Shown: positions 40,067 through 51,372 of the stretch, piece by piece | Layout of the letters: the number at the start of each line of letters is the position of its first letter | Position numbering within the stretch: the stretch's first letter is position 1 | Assembly (NCBI RefSeq): GCF_006345805.1 | Contig: NC_043000.1 | Coordinates: 89,776,001-89,840,000, forward strand | DNA length: 64,000 nucleotides | Direction: 5' to 3' | From: Octopus sinensis | Taxonomy: Eukaryota | Notes under the pieces: generated by a model | The model's database searches: none | What the model saw: the letters and a program-made list of their open reading frames with translations, nothing else | What the model was told of the DNA's origin: nothing | Program-made: the position numbers and the translations under genes

Positions 40067-40171
40067 TCCACGCTGAAGAGAAAGAAGTTTCGGTAAGATA
40101 GAAGTATTTAATATTTATATTTTAATTCGTATGCTTTCCTAAAACTTGATTTCGAAACGTACGTCCGTGGA
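40067..40171 (+). ncRNA. Type I hammerhead ribozyme, copy 2; predicted cleavage after C40165
   Basis: TCCACG-CTGAAGA..GAAACGTACGTC-CGTGGA. Confidence 0.85.
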
Positions 40172-40657
40172 TACTTAAAATGTTGATAAGAATTTTGCGG
40201 TTAATTCATTCTCTCTTACCTGTTTGTGTCGCCTTCCATTGCTGTTTTACTGAGATCTCCTTTTAGTAGAAGAATAGCTATAACCTTTGACTGCTATTTC
40301 TAAATTTCGGTATGTGGTAAGGCAATTCGTTGCTGAACCCTTATTGCTTAGTATTACTTAAATTTTCCTCAAATGAGGCTTTTACATGCCGAAGACTACT
40401 TGGTGTAATTGATAATTATTCCAAATTATTAATTTCACCCTTCATTATTACGGATAACCATATTTTATCTCATAGATGACTACAGCATCTTGTTTTGGCT
40501 ACACGCGGGTGGGAAGGGGCTGTTGACACAATCGTTTCATTCACAAATTTGAATTCGGTGATACTAGTTGAGGATTCTAGCTCGCTCTGATACTGAGTTG
40601 AGTTGGTACCTCCTAGTATCTCAAAATTCAATATATAATCATTTATGATTATAGTAT

Positions 40658-40766
40658 TCCACGCTGAAGAGAAAAGAAGTTTCGTAAGATAGAAGTATTT
40701 ATATTTAAATAATATTTTAATTCTTATGCTTTCCTAAAACTTGATTTCGAAACGTACGTCCGTGGA
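40658..40766 (+). ncRNA. Type I hammerhead ribozyme, copy 3; predicted cleavage after C40760
   Basis: TCCACG-CTGAAGA..GAAACGTACGTC-CGTGGA. Confidence 0.85.
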
Positions 40767-41056
40767 TAACTTTAAAAATGTTTGATAGATTGAGGTTAAT
40801 TCATTCTCCTTACCTGTTTGTGTCAGCCTTCCAATTGCTGTTTTAACTGAGATCTCTCCCTTTTTAGTAGAAGAAATAGCTATAACCCTTGACTGCTATT
40901 TCAAATTTCGGTATGTGGTAAGGCAATTCGTTGCTGAACCCTTATTGCTTAGTATTACTTAAATTTTCCTCAAATGAGGCTTTTACATGCCGAAGACTAC
41001 TTGGTGTAATTGATAATTATTCCAAATTAATTAATTTCACCCTTCATTATTACGGA

Positions 41057-41102
<46 letters not shown>

Positions 41103-41112
41103 AGAGAGAGAG

Positions 41113-41145
<33 letters not shown>

Positions 41146-41149
41146 AGAG

Positions 41150-41545
41150 AGATATTCCTTTCTACTATAGGCACAAGCCCTGAGATTTTGGGGCGGGGGT
41201 AAGTCGATTACATCGACACCAGTACTCAAATGGTACTTATTTTATCGACCCCAGAAAGGATGAAAGGCAAAATCGGCCTCAGCGGAATTTGAATTCAGAA
41301 CGTAAAGACAGACGACATGCCGCTAAGCATTTTGCCCTACATGCTAACCACTCTGCCGGTTCACCCCCTTATAAATATTGGTTTCAAATTTTAGTACAAG
41401 GCCAGCAGTTTCGGGGAGGGGTAAGTCGACCCCAATGATTAAATGGTATTTATTTTCTCGACCCAAAAAGGATGAAAAGTAAAGTCGACCTCAGCGGAAT
41501 TTGAACTCAAAACGTAAAAATCGGGCAAAATGCCGCTAAGCATTC
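41150..41545 (-). mobile_element. Two SINE family 1 copies
   Basis: Family body motifs repeated twice. Confidence 0.8.
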
Positions 41546-41884
41546 ATTAATCATTTCCCTCACACTCATTACATTTCGGTAAATAAAACCAAAGAGAATT
41601 TTGTGCATTATTCAAAACTTCAGTGTCAATCTTTTCACATTGGACTCGTGTTTTCTTTCAATTTTTCAAAACTTCTCGGACTTTATACATAGACAACGGA
41701 CTTAAGATGCCCTTAAACATATATATATATATATATTCCTTCTTTTTTCCGTTTCTCGCCGATTGTTTTCCGTACAACTAGAGCAGAGAAGCCCATTGTA
41801 TGCATTCCCAGATTACAGATGCAAATTCACAGATAAAATATGTATTTTAAAAATTAATAAATAAATAAATTCATGAATAGATGT

Positions 41885-42172
41885 TGTTTTCACAGCGATA
41901 ATGTTCTTCTCAGTACATGAGTCGTTCCAGTTAACACGATTTTTTGCACTACCTGTAGGCATGGTAAGCCTGGTATCATTTTCAAATAGGTTTCAGTGCC
42001 TTTTTTTATAATTCCTAGAGATCCTACAATCACTGGTACTGTAGTCGCCATGAGATGCCACATTTTTTCAATTTCTATTAGCAAGTCTTTATATTTACTG
42101 ATCTTGTCAAATTCTTTCGCCGCTATATTGTGATCGCAAGGAATACTCATGTCAATTAATAAGCACACCTTT
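41885..42172 (-). mobile_element. R4/Dong-like LINE 3' end (restriction-like endonuclease)
   Basis: ORF 41890-42168 CLLIDMSIP..KISKYKDL..VPVIVGSLG..HVLRRTL. Confidence 0.85.
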
Positions 42173-42199
42173 TTTTGTCTGATCTTTTATATTATTATT

Positions 42200-42598
42200 A
42201 TTATTCTATGTTTGACTTTTGCTTTACATTTGTACAAGTTGGCTCCAAGTCTCGCCCAGAGACCTCAAGAGACAACAAGTTGGAAGTTCATGTTGGTGTT
42301 ATGCCTAGGGTGCCATATATTACTAGTGAATGTTTAAGAAACCATAAGAAAATTATGTTTGTTTTAAAACTTGAGATTACATAGAAAGTATTTTGCTAGG
42401 ATATGAGCAGTTCCTATGAGCACTATCTTTTGAATTTCTGCCATTTTGGGGTTTCCTGGTATCTGAGCTAGGTAGCAATCAGCCCCTTTTGCTATCATTC
42501 CCAGAGCAGCTATGACAACAGGTATAGTTTTAGTCTTCTCAGGTTCCACATTTTGCTAATTTCTATTTCAAGATCTTTATATTTGCTCAGTTTTATTA
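42200..42598 (-). mobile_element. Second Dong-like family, 5'-truncated, within (ATT)n
   Basis: ORF TIPVVIAALG..GTAHIL plus a 3' UTR shared with 58281-58480. Confidence 0.8.
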
Positions 42599-42622
42599 TT
42601 ATTATTGTTATTATTATTATTA

Positions 42623-42678
<56 letters not shown>

Positions 42679-43138
42679 TAATATTTTTTTTTAATAAATC
42701 ATTTCTAGCTTCGTTTTTAAAAAGGAAATTGTTCTCGATATCTTAGAATTCAGTAATTAGCTGTAATTTTTATATTCGATATTCACAATGTCCGCTGACT
42801 TTCGACTTTAATGTATATACCACATGTTCAATAAAAGTTATAAATCTCATGTACCGAAAGCTCATGTACCGAAAGCTCATGTACCGAAATGCATTAAATT
42901 TAATGTCATGGAAGCAGAGATTATTCTGCCTATGTTAAGTCCCATTAAAACGAGAGGAGTGTGCGCATGCTTGTGTAATATTGCGTGTCTGTTGTGTGTC
43001 TAAGGATTAAACAAAATTTATGAAACGTTTGTATTTCGTGTGAGTGTGAGTAAATGCATTGTGTGAATGTGTAAATGTAAAGGCATAAATGAGTGCGTGT
43101 ATGTGTGTGTGTAATGTGGTGGTATGTATGTATTTATG

Positions 43139-43174
<36 letters not shown>

Positions 43175-43240
43175 TGACAGATAGGTTGAACATACACACA
43201 TGTGTGTATGTGTGTGAGGGGTGTGTATGTTTGTATGTAT

Positions 43241-43299
<59 letters not shown>

Positions 43300-43369
43300 T
43301 GGTTGAACATACACACACGTGTGTATGTGTGTGAGGCGTATATATATGTGTGTGTATGCGTGGATGCGA

Positions 43370-43560
43370 GTGGGTTAGTTGTTAGGATGTTGCACTCATG
43401 ATTGTTGAGATTGTGGTTTCAATTCTTGGACTGGGCAATGCATTGTGTTCTTGAGCAAAAAATTTCATTTCACGTTGCTCCAGTTCACTCAGCTAGCAAA
43501 AATGAGTAACCCTGAAACAGACTGGCATACCCCATGGCGGTCGGTGTTAGAGATATTTAT
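43370..43560 (+). mobile_element. SINE family 3
   Basis: tRNA-like head and TTGTGTTCTTGAGCAA..GCTCCAGTTCACTCAGC. Confidence 0.75.
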
Positions 43561-43662
43561 GTCAAAGAATACGTATGAGTCTATATCTCAGAAGACCGGT
43601 TTGTGCGTGTGTGCATGTATGATATATACATATTATACACACCTATATATATATATATATTA

Positions 43663-43718
<56 letters not shown>

Positions 43719-43722
<4 letters not shown>

Positions 43723-43852
43723 AGAGTTACGAAAACAACAAAAGACGAAGACAGGTGGTATACAAAACAAACAGATGTATTAGTATAACGTTCAGGAATA
43801 GAAAAAAGTCTTTTACGTTTCGAATCTACGCTCTTCTACAGGAAGGAACATA
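43719..43852 (-). mobile_element. Repeat family A with hammerhead remnant (CUGUAGA core)
   Basis: Minus: CTGTAGA-A-GAGC-GTAG-ATTC-GAA-ACGT-A-AAAG; abuts (TA)n. Confidence 0.7.
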
Positions 43853-43953
43853 CATTCATATTAATATTAGGTAAGTTATTTCCGAGTTCACAGGGGAGAG
43901 AAGTTCAATTTAGTGATACTAAAATGAATTACTCACTGTATTATATACATATA

Positions 43954-44290
43954 TATAGACAGGTTTAAGAGACAGAATCACCCTCAAGCAATTCAATCAT
44001 CATTGAATGACATTATCCACAATAGGTACAAATAGGACTAAATATTAAAATTATCATAATTAATACCTACAATTCTTATTCCAAATTATCAAAATTAATA
44101 CCTTCAATTCTTATTACAAATCATATACCTTACTACTTGAAGGTATTAATTTTAATAATTTGTAATAAGAATTGTAGGTATTAATTATGATAATTTTAAT
44201 ATTTAGTCCTATATGTACCTATTGTGGATAATGTCATTCAATGATGATTGAGTTGCTTAAGAGTGATTCTGTCTCTTAAACCTATCTATA
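43954..44290. repeat. 337-bp fold-back with ~154-bp arms
   Basis: 43954-44107 is the near-perfect reverse complement of 44137-44290. Confidence 0.92.
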
Positions 44291-44321
44291 TACACATTCA
44301 TATAGAGACACACACACATAG

Positions 44322-44372
<51 letters not shown>

Positions 44373-45251
44373 CAGGTAAATTGCTGCCATTTGATACTTT
44401 TAATTTCGCGCATGCGCATTGTTTCTTTTTTATTTTGACGACTACACAGTATATAGTAGGCTCAATTGGGCACCATCTGTGAGAAAAACAGTACCATGAC
44501 GCAATTCACTCAGCCAGAAATTTGGAAACGACATGCTGTACTACTAGGCATTCGCGCCGGAACCTCCAATGTGAACATTTCAAAGTTTTGGGTGTCAATC
44601 TGAGAACAATGCTATCTGGAGACATGTACCGAGAGTGATAATGATCAAACATCCAATGAACATCATGGTATTTGGATTGATCACTAGTGATGGTGACATT
44701 ATGCCTCCATTCATCTTCTCACACGGCCTCAGACTCAACACGGAGGCTACATCAAGTGCCTGGAGGAAGTAGTACTGCCCTGGATCAAGCGGGTGACTGC
44801 TAGAAGACTCTATGTCTGGCAACAGGACTCTGCACCATGCCACGCATGCAGGAGGACCCAGTCATGGCTATCAGACAATTTCTGTGACCACATCATCTCT
44901 AACATCTGGCCTGCTGACTCTCCAGACTGCGAACCCCTTGATTATTATGTGTGAGACGTAATTGAGCGAGAGACCAACAAAACTCCTTGTAACACTAAAG
45001 ATGAAGTGAAGACAAGGATAATGGCAGCATTCACCAACTTAAACAAGGAGACCGTCCAGAAGAGTTGCAGGAGAATCCGAAGTCGTCTGAAGGCCGTGAT
45101 TGAAGCCAATTGCGATTTTATTGAATAAATTTACTCTTCAGTATTTCAAGATATTTTTATGTAATTTTGGTAAATACATCTGCTAAAATGAGATGTCAGT
45201 GTTATTTTTATTTTTGGGTAATTTGGATGACAGTTTATTCACCGCACCCTG
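44373..45251 (+). mobile_element. maT/DD37D mariner, internally deleted, both ends present
   Basis: WQQDSAPCH..SPDCEPLDY motif; right end CACCGCACCCTG|TA, eroded left end TA|CAGGTAAATTG. Confidence 0.85.
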
Positions 45252-45255
45252 TATG

Positions 45256-45294
<39 letters not shown>

Positions 45295-45361
45295 CGCAAA
45301 AGTCACACGCCACCCTAATCACACAAAAAAAATGTTTATATAAGAGATAGAATAATGAATA

Positions 45362-45585
45362 CAGTTGTATATTTTATAATATAACATATTTACTAACGAT
45401 AACATCGAAAAATACCTTAGGAATGAGAACCCAGGTTCGAAATTTCTCCAAGACACCTGATGAAGGCTGGAGGGTATATCAGCCGAAACGTTGTGTTAAC
45501 AACAAACAAGATGAGGACAAATATCCGTCAAATGTAAATAATGTAAATAATGTACATAATTCCTCATCTCTTAAATATAGAACTG
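45362..45585 (+). mobile_element. Family D element, internally deleted, with intact hammerhead and TA-flanked inverted ends
   Basis: TA|CAGTTGTATATTT ... AAATATAGAACTG|TA; body matches the reverse complement of 9621-9775. Confidence 0.75.
45452..45497 (+). ncRNA. Minimal type I hammerhead (dimer type); predicted cleavage after T45492
   Basis: GACAC-CTGATGA-A-GGCTG/CAGCC-GAA-ACGT-T-GTGTT; helix III reduced to the palindrome ACGT. Confidence 0.75.
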
Positions 45586-45758
45586 TATTAACAACTTCTC
45601 TTCCATGCTTTCTAAAATAAGAAATAATCATCATTTTTATGAACATTTATCACATTTACTTACAAAAAAATAACAAACTTGAAGATGTTGTGGCAAAGTG
45701 TTATTTTACTGGTGTGTGACTTTTGCGCCACGTTGTACATGTCTGTGTGTGTAAAGAA

Positions 45759-45820
<62 letters not shown>

Positions 45821-45841
45821 GGATGGATGGATGGATGGATG

Positions 45842-45877
<36 letters not shown>

Positions 45878-46197
45878 TAGATACACACACACACACACAC
45901 ATATGTATATTCACGTGTGTGTCTGTGTGTGTGTATGTATGTATGTGTAAAGAAATAGATAGATAGACAGATAGACAGACAGACAGATAGATAGATACAC
46001 ACACATATGTATATTCACGTGTGTGTATGTGTGCATGTGTGTGAGTGTAAAGAAATAGATAGATAGATAGATAGATAGATAGAAAATAGACAGACACACA
46101 ACTAGAAAGATACACACACATATGTATATTCACGTGTGTGTGTGTGTGTGCAAAGAAATAGATAGAGAGAGAGAGAGAGAAAGAGGGAGAGAGAGAC

Positions 46198-46290
<93 letters not shown>

Positions 46291-46764
46291 CAGATAGATA
46301 GATAGATACACACATATATATATTCACGTGTGCGTGTGTGTGTGTGTATGTGTGTGTGTGTGTGTGTGCGTGTATGCATGCGTGTATGTATTTTTAAGCT
46401 GGCAAAATATTTTTGCGTATGGCTTTTCTGCGGTCCAGGCTTTTTTTTCGTAAACAGTTCATTTTATTTTTATCAATGCCTGCTGCAGACCCCGAGTACT
46501 TTACTCACGGCACATGACCTACGTATATGCAAATACATATTCAAGTATTACAGCAACTTGGTGGCAGACACCATTTCTTACGTTATTCATTGATGTCGTT
46601 CATCGGTTTGTTCCGCCTAGATTTCTCATTCATTCATTCATTCATCCTTCCGTTCATTCATTCATTCATGCTGAAAAAGAAAGACTGCGCATCATCCGTG
46701 CACTCTTATCTGCGCATGTATCTCCTCTTTCTTTCCCTCCCTTCTTCTCTCATATTCTGTCACC

Positions 46765-46816
<52 letters not shown>

Positions 46817-47339
46817 TTCTTTCTCTCCTGCCTTCCATCCCTCTTTTCGCCTTCTTTCCCTCCCTCTCTCGCTCTTCTCTTTCTCTCCCTCCCTCTTTCT
46901 ATCTCCCCCTCCCACACACATACACAACCTGCTCATTCTTACAATGCACATATGTCTCCTCTCTCTCCCTTTTTGTCTCTGTCCCGCTCTCTATCTCTCT
47001 CTCTCTGTCTCCTCTCTCTCTCTCTTTCTCTCTCTCTCTTCTTTCTCTCTCTCTCGCTCGCTTTCTCACTTTCACACACTAATACGCAGACGCACATACA
47101 CAACCTGCTCGTCCTTACACTGTTATTTACACACCTCTCTCCCTCACACACAGACATACTTTCTCTCTTTCTGTCTGTCTCCCTTTCACTCTCCCTCTTT
47201 CTCTCGCCTCCTTTTCTCTTCCTCTCCTTTCTCTCTCTCCCTTTATCTTTGTCTCTCTATCTCACTCTCCTCTTTCTCACACACACATGTACACAATCTG
47301 CTCATCCTTACACCCTAATCTACACATATATATCCTCCC

Positions 47340-47700
47340 TCTTTCTCTTTCCCCCCTTATCTTTGTCTCTCTCTCCTCTCTCTCTCTTCTCTCTCTCCCC
47401 CTCATCTTTGTCTCTCTCTTCTCTCTCTCTCTCTCCCCTCATCTTTGTCTCTCTCTCCCCTTATCTTTGTCTCTCTCTCTCCCCTTATCTTTGTCTCTCT
47501 CTCCTCTCTCTCTCTCCCCTCATCTTTGTCTCTCTCTCCTCTCTCTCTCCCCTCCTCTTTGTCTCCCTCTCCCCTTATCTTTGTCTCTCTCTCCTCTCTC
47601 TCTCTCCCCTTATCTTTGTCTCTCTCTCCTCTCTCTCTCCCCTTATCTTTGTCTCTCTCTCCTCTCTCTCTCTCCTTATCTTTGTCTCTCTCTCCTGCAC
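47340..47700. repeat. CT-rich minisatellite (CTCTCCCCTTATCTTTGTCTCTCT unit)
   Basis: Roughly a dozen variant copies of the unit. Confidence 0.9.
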
Positions 47701-47860
47701 GCACATGCGCACGCGCACATACACAATTTGTTCTTATCTATACATATATCACTTCGCTCACCACTTTGTTCTTTGTCTCTCTCTCTTTTCCCTTCACTTT
47801 CTCTCTTCCTCTCTTTCTCATTATCTTTTTCTCATTCTATCTATCTAGAAAGCCAGTTAG

Positions 47861-47915
<55 letters not shown>

Positions 47916-48501
47916 GCACGCACGCACACACTCATACACACAACATGCTGATGGCTCATCTCCATCCAGCATGAGTTTTCAGCCACTGCAAATCCATCCT
48001 AATACTCTCTATTACTGAATATTCATTACTAAAGGACAGAGGTCCAATAAAAAAAAAACAGCCATAAATATTGTCACGTAAACAACACGAGCGCTTGGCA
48101 ACAAAAATAACAATGACCACAACCACCACGACAGTGGCGGCGACGGTGGCGGCGGTGACGATGACGACAACGTAGGCGAGCAAGAACGCCCACCCACCCC
48201 TCGCCATCCCTTGCCAAAAACAAAATTGTGTCAGGAACAATGGAATCAAAGAAAACATTTTTCAGAGACGTGTAAAACGAATGGGTAGAAGGATGAGATG
48301 TGGTGAAAGAAAGATGAAACAGCGAGAACGAAATGGTAAGAGGTATGAGGTAGTGTTCGGTCTGACATTGATGAACAGCAACAGCAAAAATGACAATAAC
48401 AGTAACAACAATGATAATAATGTTTTTCTACTAAAGGCATGGGTGGGGAGACTAGTTCATTACATCGACCTCATTGCGTAACTGGTAAATAATTTATCAT
48501 A

Positions 48502-48638
48502 GGTGCAGGAGTGGCTGTGTAGTAAGTAGCTTGCTTACCAACCACATGGTTCCGGGATCAGTCCCACAGCGTGGCACCTTGGGCAAGTGTCTTCTGTGAG
48601 TGGATTTGGTAGACGGAAACTGAAAGAAGCCCGTCGTA

Positions 48639-48683
<45 letters not shown>

Positions 48684-48892
48684 ATACATTTGTGTGTCTG
48701 TGTTTGTCCCCCCAACATCGCTTGACAACCGATGCTTGTGTGCTTACGTCCCCGTAACTTAGCGGTTCGGCAAAAGAGACGATAGAATAAGTACTAGGCT
48801 TACAAGGAATAAGTCCTGGAGTCCATTTGCTCGACTAAAAGCGGTGCTCCAGCATGGTCGCGGTCAAATGACTGAAACAAGTAAAAGAGTAA
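48502..48892 (+). mobile_element. Full-length tRNA-derived SINE, family 2
   Basis: Head GGAGTGGCTGTGTAGTAAG..GGTTCCGGGATCAGTCCC, CORE-like CTTGGGCAAGTGTCTT, internal (TA)/(TG)n, tail GTAAAAGAG. Confidence 0.88.
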
Positions 48893-49400
48893 CCCCGAAA
48901 GAATGAAAGGCAAAGTCGACCTCGGCGGAATTTGAACCCAGAATGTAAAGACGGGCAAAAAATGCCGCTAAGCATTTTGCCCGGCATGCAAACGATTCTG
49001 CCAGCTCACTGTCTTAACAATAATGATAATAATCCTTTCTGCTATAGGCACAAGGCCTGAAATTTTGGAGAGGGAGCCGGCGATCATATCGACCCCAGTA
49101 CGTAACGGCTACTTATTTTACCGAAACCGAAAGGATGAAAGGCAAAGTCGACGTCGGCGAAATTTGAAATCAGAACATAAAGACGAACGAAATACTGCTA
49201 AGTGTTTTGCCCAGTGTGCTAACGATTCTGCCAGCTCACTTGCCTCAGAAAGAAGATATGCAAACGTATGCTACAACAATAATGATCCTTTCTACTAAAG
49301 ACACTGATCCTTAATTTATCGACCCCGAAAGGATAAAAGCAAAGTCGACCTCGGCGGAATTTGAACTCAAAGCATAGAGGTAGATGAAATGCCGCTAGGC
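48893..49400 (-). mobile_element. Three SINE family 1 copies
   Basis: Repeated GGCAAAGTCGAC.TCGGCG.AATTTGAA motif. Confidence 0.8.
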
Positions 49401-49401
49401 G

Positions 49402-49995
49402 TAAGACGGCGAGCTGGCAAAACGTTAGCACGCTGGGCGAAATGCGTAGCCGTATTTCGTCTGCCGCTACGTTCTGAGTTCAAATTCCGCCGAGGTCGAC
49501 TTTGCTTTTCATCCTTTCGGGGTCGATAAATTAAGTACCAGTTACGCACTGAGGTCGATATAATCGACTTAATCCGTCTGTTCTTCTTTGTCTCCTCTGT
49601 GTTTAGCCCCTTATGGGTAGTAAAGAAATAGTTATTTCGTCTGCCGCTACGTTCTGAGTTCAAATTCCGCCGGGGTCGACTTTGCCTTTCATCCTTTCGA
49701 GGTCGATTAAATAAGTACCAGTTAAGCACAGGGGTCGATATAATCGATTTAATCCGTTTGTCTGTCTTTGTTTGTCCTCTCTGTGTTTAGCCCCTTGTGG
49801 GTAGTAAAGAAATAGGTACTTCCTCTGCCGTTACATTTTGAGTTAAAATTCCGCCGAGGTCGACTTTGCCATTCATCCTTTCAGGGTCGATAAATTAAGT
49901 ACCAGTTACGCACTGGGATAGGTGTAATCGACTTAATCCCTTTGTCAGTCCTTGTTTGTCCCCTCTGTGTTTAGCCCCTTGTGGGCAATAATTTT
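49402..49995 (+). mobile_element. SINE family 1 trimer with LINE-derived tails (~180-184-bp period)
   Basis: One head then three body+tail units. Confidence 0.88.
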
Positions 49996-50159
49996 TTTTT
50001 TAAGAAAATAAGAAAATGCCGCCAAGCATTTCGTCCGGCATGCTAACGATTCTGCCAGTTGGCTGCCTTACAAATAACGATAAGGACAACGGCTTCAGTT
50101 CAAATCACAAAATAGAAGACAAATAAATTGTAAACGCAGCATTGAGAATAACTTTTATA

Positions 50160-50345
50160 TCTTTTATATTCATATTTGCTTCAGTCATTGGAGTGTAGCT
50201 ATGCTGGGGCAGCACCTGGAAAGGTTTAGCCGAACAAATCGACAGTCGGTGCATAGTACTTATTCTGTCGGTTGTCTTTCGATGAACCGCTATGTTACGT
50301 ATAGGTAAACAAACCAACACCGGTTGTCAAGCGATGGTTGGGAGA
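50160..50345 (-). mobile_element. SINE family 2, 3' part
   Basis: TCAGTCATT..GCTATGCTGG..CGGTTGTCAAGCGATG. Confidence 0.75.
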
Positions 50346-50400
50346 CAAACAAAATCGCAAACACATACACACACACGCACTCCTACACGTGTATGTATAG

Positions 50401-50466
<66 letters not shown>

Positions 50467-50542
50467 CATATATACGTATATATATATATATATATATATC
50501 ATTAATAATAAGGATATGTATACATGAATATATATGTTTATG

Positions 50543-50599
<57 letters not shown>

Positions 50600-50602
<3 letters not shown>

Positions 50603-51245
50603 CAGAAATTTGATCTGCTGCGCTAAATGCCCTAATTGTCAGGAACTATACATTGGCGAGACAGGGAATGCATTATTGGAACGCTCACGAGTTCACAGAC
50701 AACAAATCCGGAACACTAATGTTCGCCAAATTTCATTGAACGAACACTAGAAATTTGTGGTGAGAAAATGTTTATAATTTTCCCTTTCCACACACTATAT
50801 GACACAAGCGAAGTTGGAAGAAAGATAAAGGAAAAGCGTTTCATTAAAATGTTCGAACCTGTTCTGAACGGTGGATTAAAAAATATCTTTAACATATAGA
50901 TATAAACAAATTACAGAAGACTCCCACTGATTGAAATAAAAGCGATCGAAACCGACTAAGTTTACTCACTCGTAAAACCATTACATGTAAACCGCAAGCT
51001 AATTGGTTTAGATAAAGCGAGATCTATGCCAGTAATATCGGTGCGCATGACCAAACGTGACGTTTAACCTGCATGCTTATCGGTCAACCGTATTCGAAAA
51101 ATTCAGCTTGTCGGAGCCTTCTAAAAGGTATAAAAAGGAAGAAGTCAGTAATTTTCCTACAGTTGTCAAGAATCCAACTCAACTGTCAGTCAATACATTT
51201 TGAAATCTGATTATTCCTACGAAAGTATGAAAGCGCTAATTGAAC
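50600..51245 (+). mobile_element. Penelope-like element 3' end: GIY-YIG remnant and hammerhead remnants
   Basis: Manual peptide [40 protein letters not shown]; CTGATTA..TAC-GAAA-GTA-T-GAA-AGCGCT-A at 51207-51238. Confidence 0.8.
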
Positions 51246-51372
51246 TTTATGAATATTACTAAAGATTTTTGTTTTTAATGTTTAACACACTTCAACACTA
51301 AAAAAAAAAAATTTAATGCAATGATAAAAAAACTTGCAAACCAAACCATGTTGTAACTTTATTCAACTAATA

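Larger units (their letters stand above)
39118..41060 (+). mobile_element. Retrozyme-like tandem array, ~3.25 copies of a ~595-bp hammerhead-containing unit
   Basis: GGTATGTGG unit starts at 39121, 39718, 40309, 40910; differences are mostly small indels; flanked by (TA)n on both sides. Confidence 0.85.

Noticed and set aside
39118-41060. Coding or exon potential of the array unit (minus-strand CAG|GTAAG donor in each unit)
   Set aside because: Stops in all frames examined; the hammerhead explains the unit better.
42846-42890. 15-bp direct repeat x3 (CTCATGTACCGAAAG) as a CRISPR-like array
   Set aside because: No spacers, eukaryotic context; simple slippage repeat.
46514-48018. 444-aa and 243-aa Leu/Ser-rich ORFs
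   Set aside because: Stop-free CT microsatellite and minisatellite; no domain signal.
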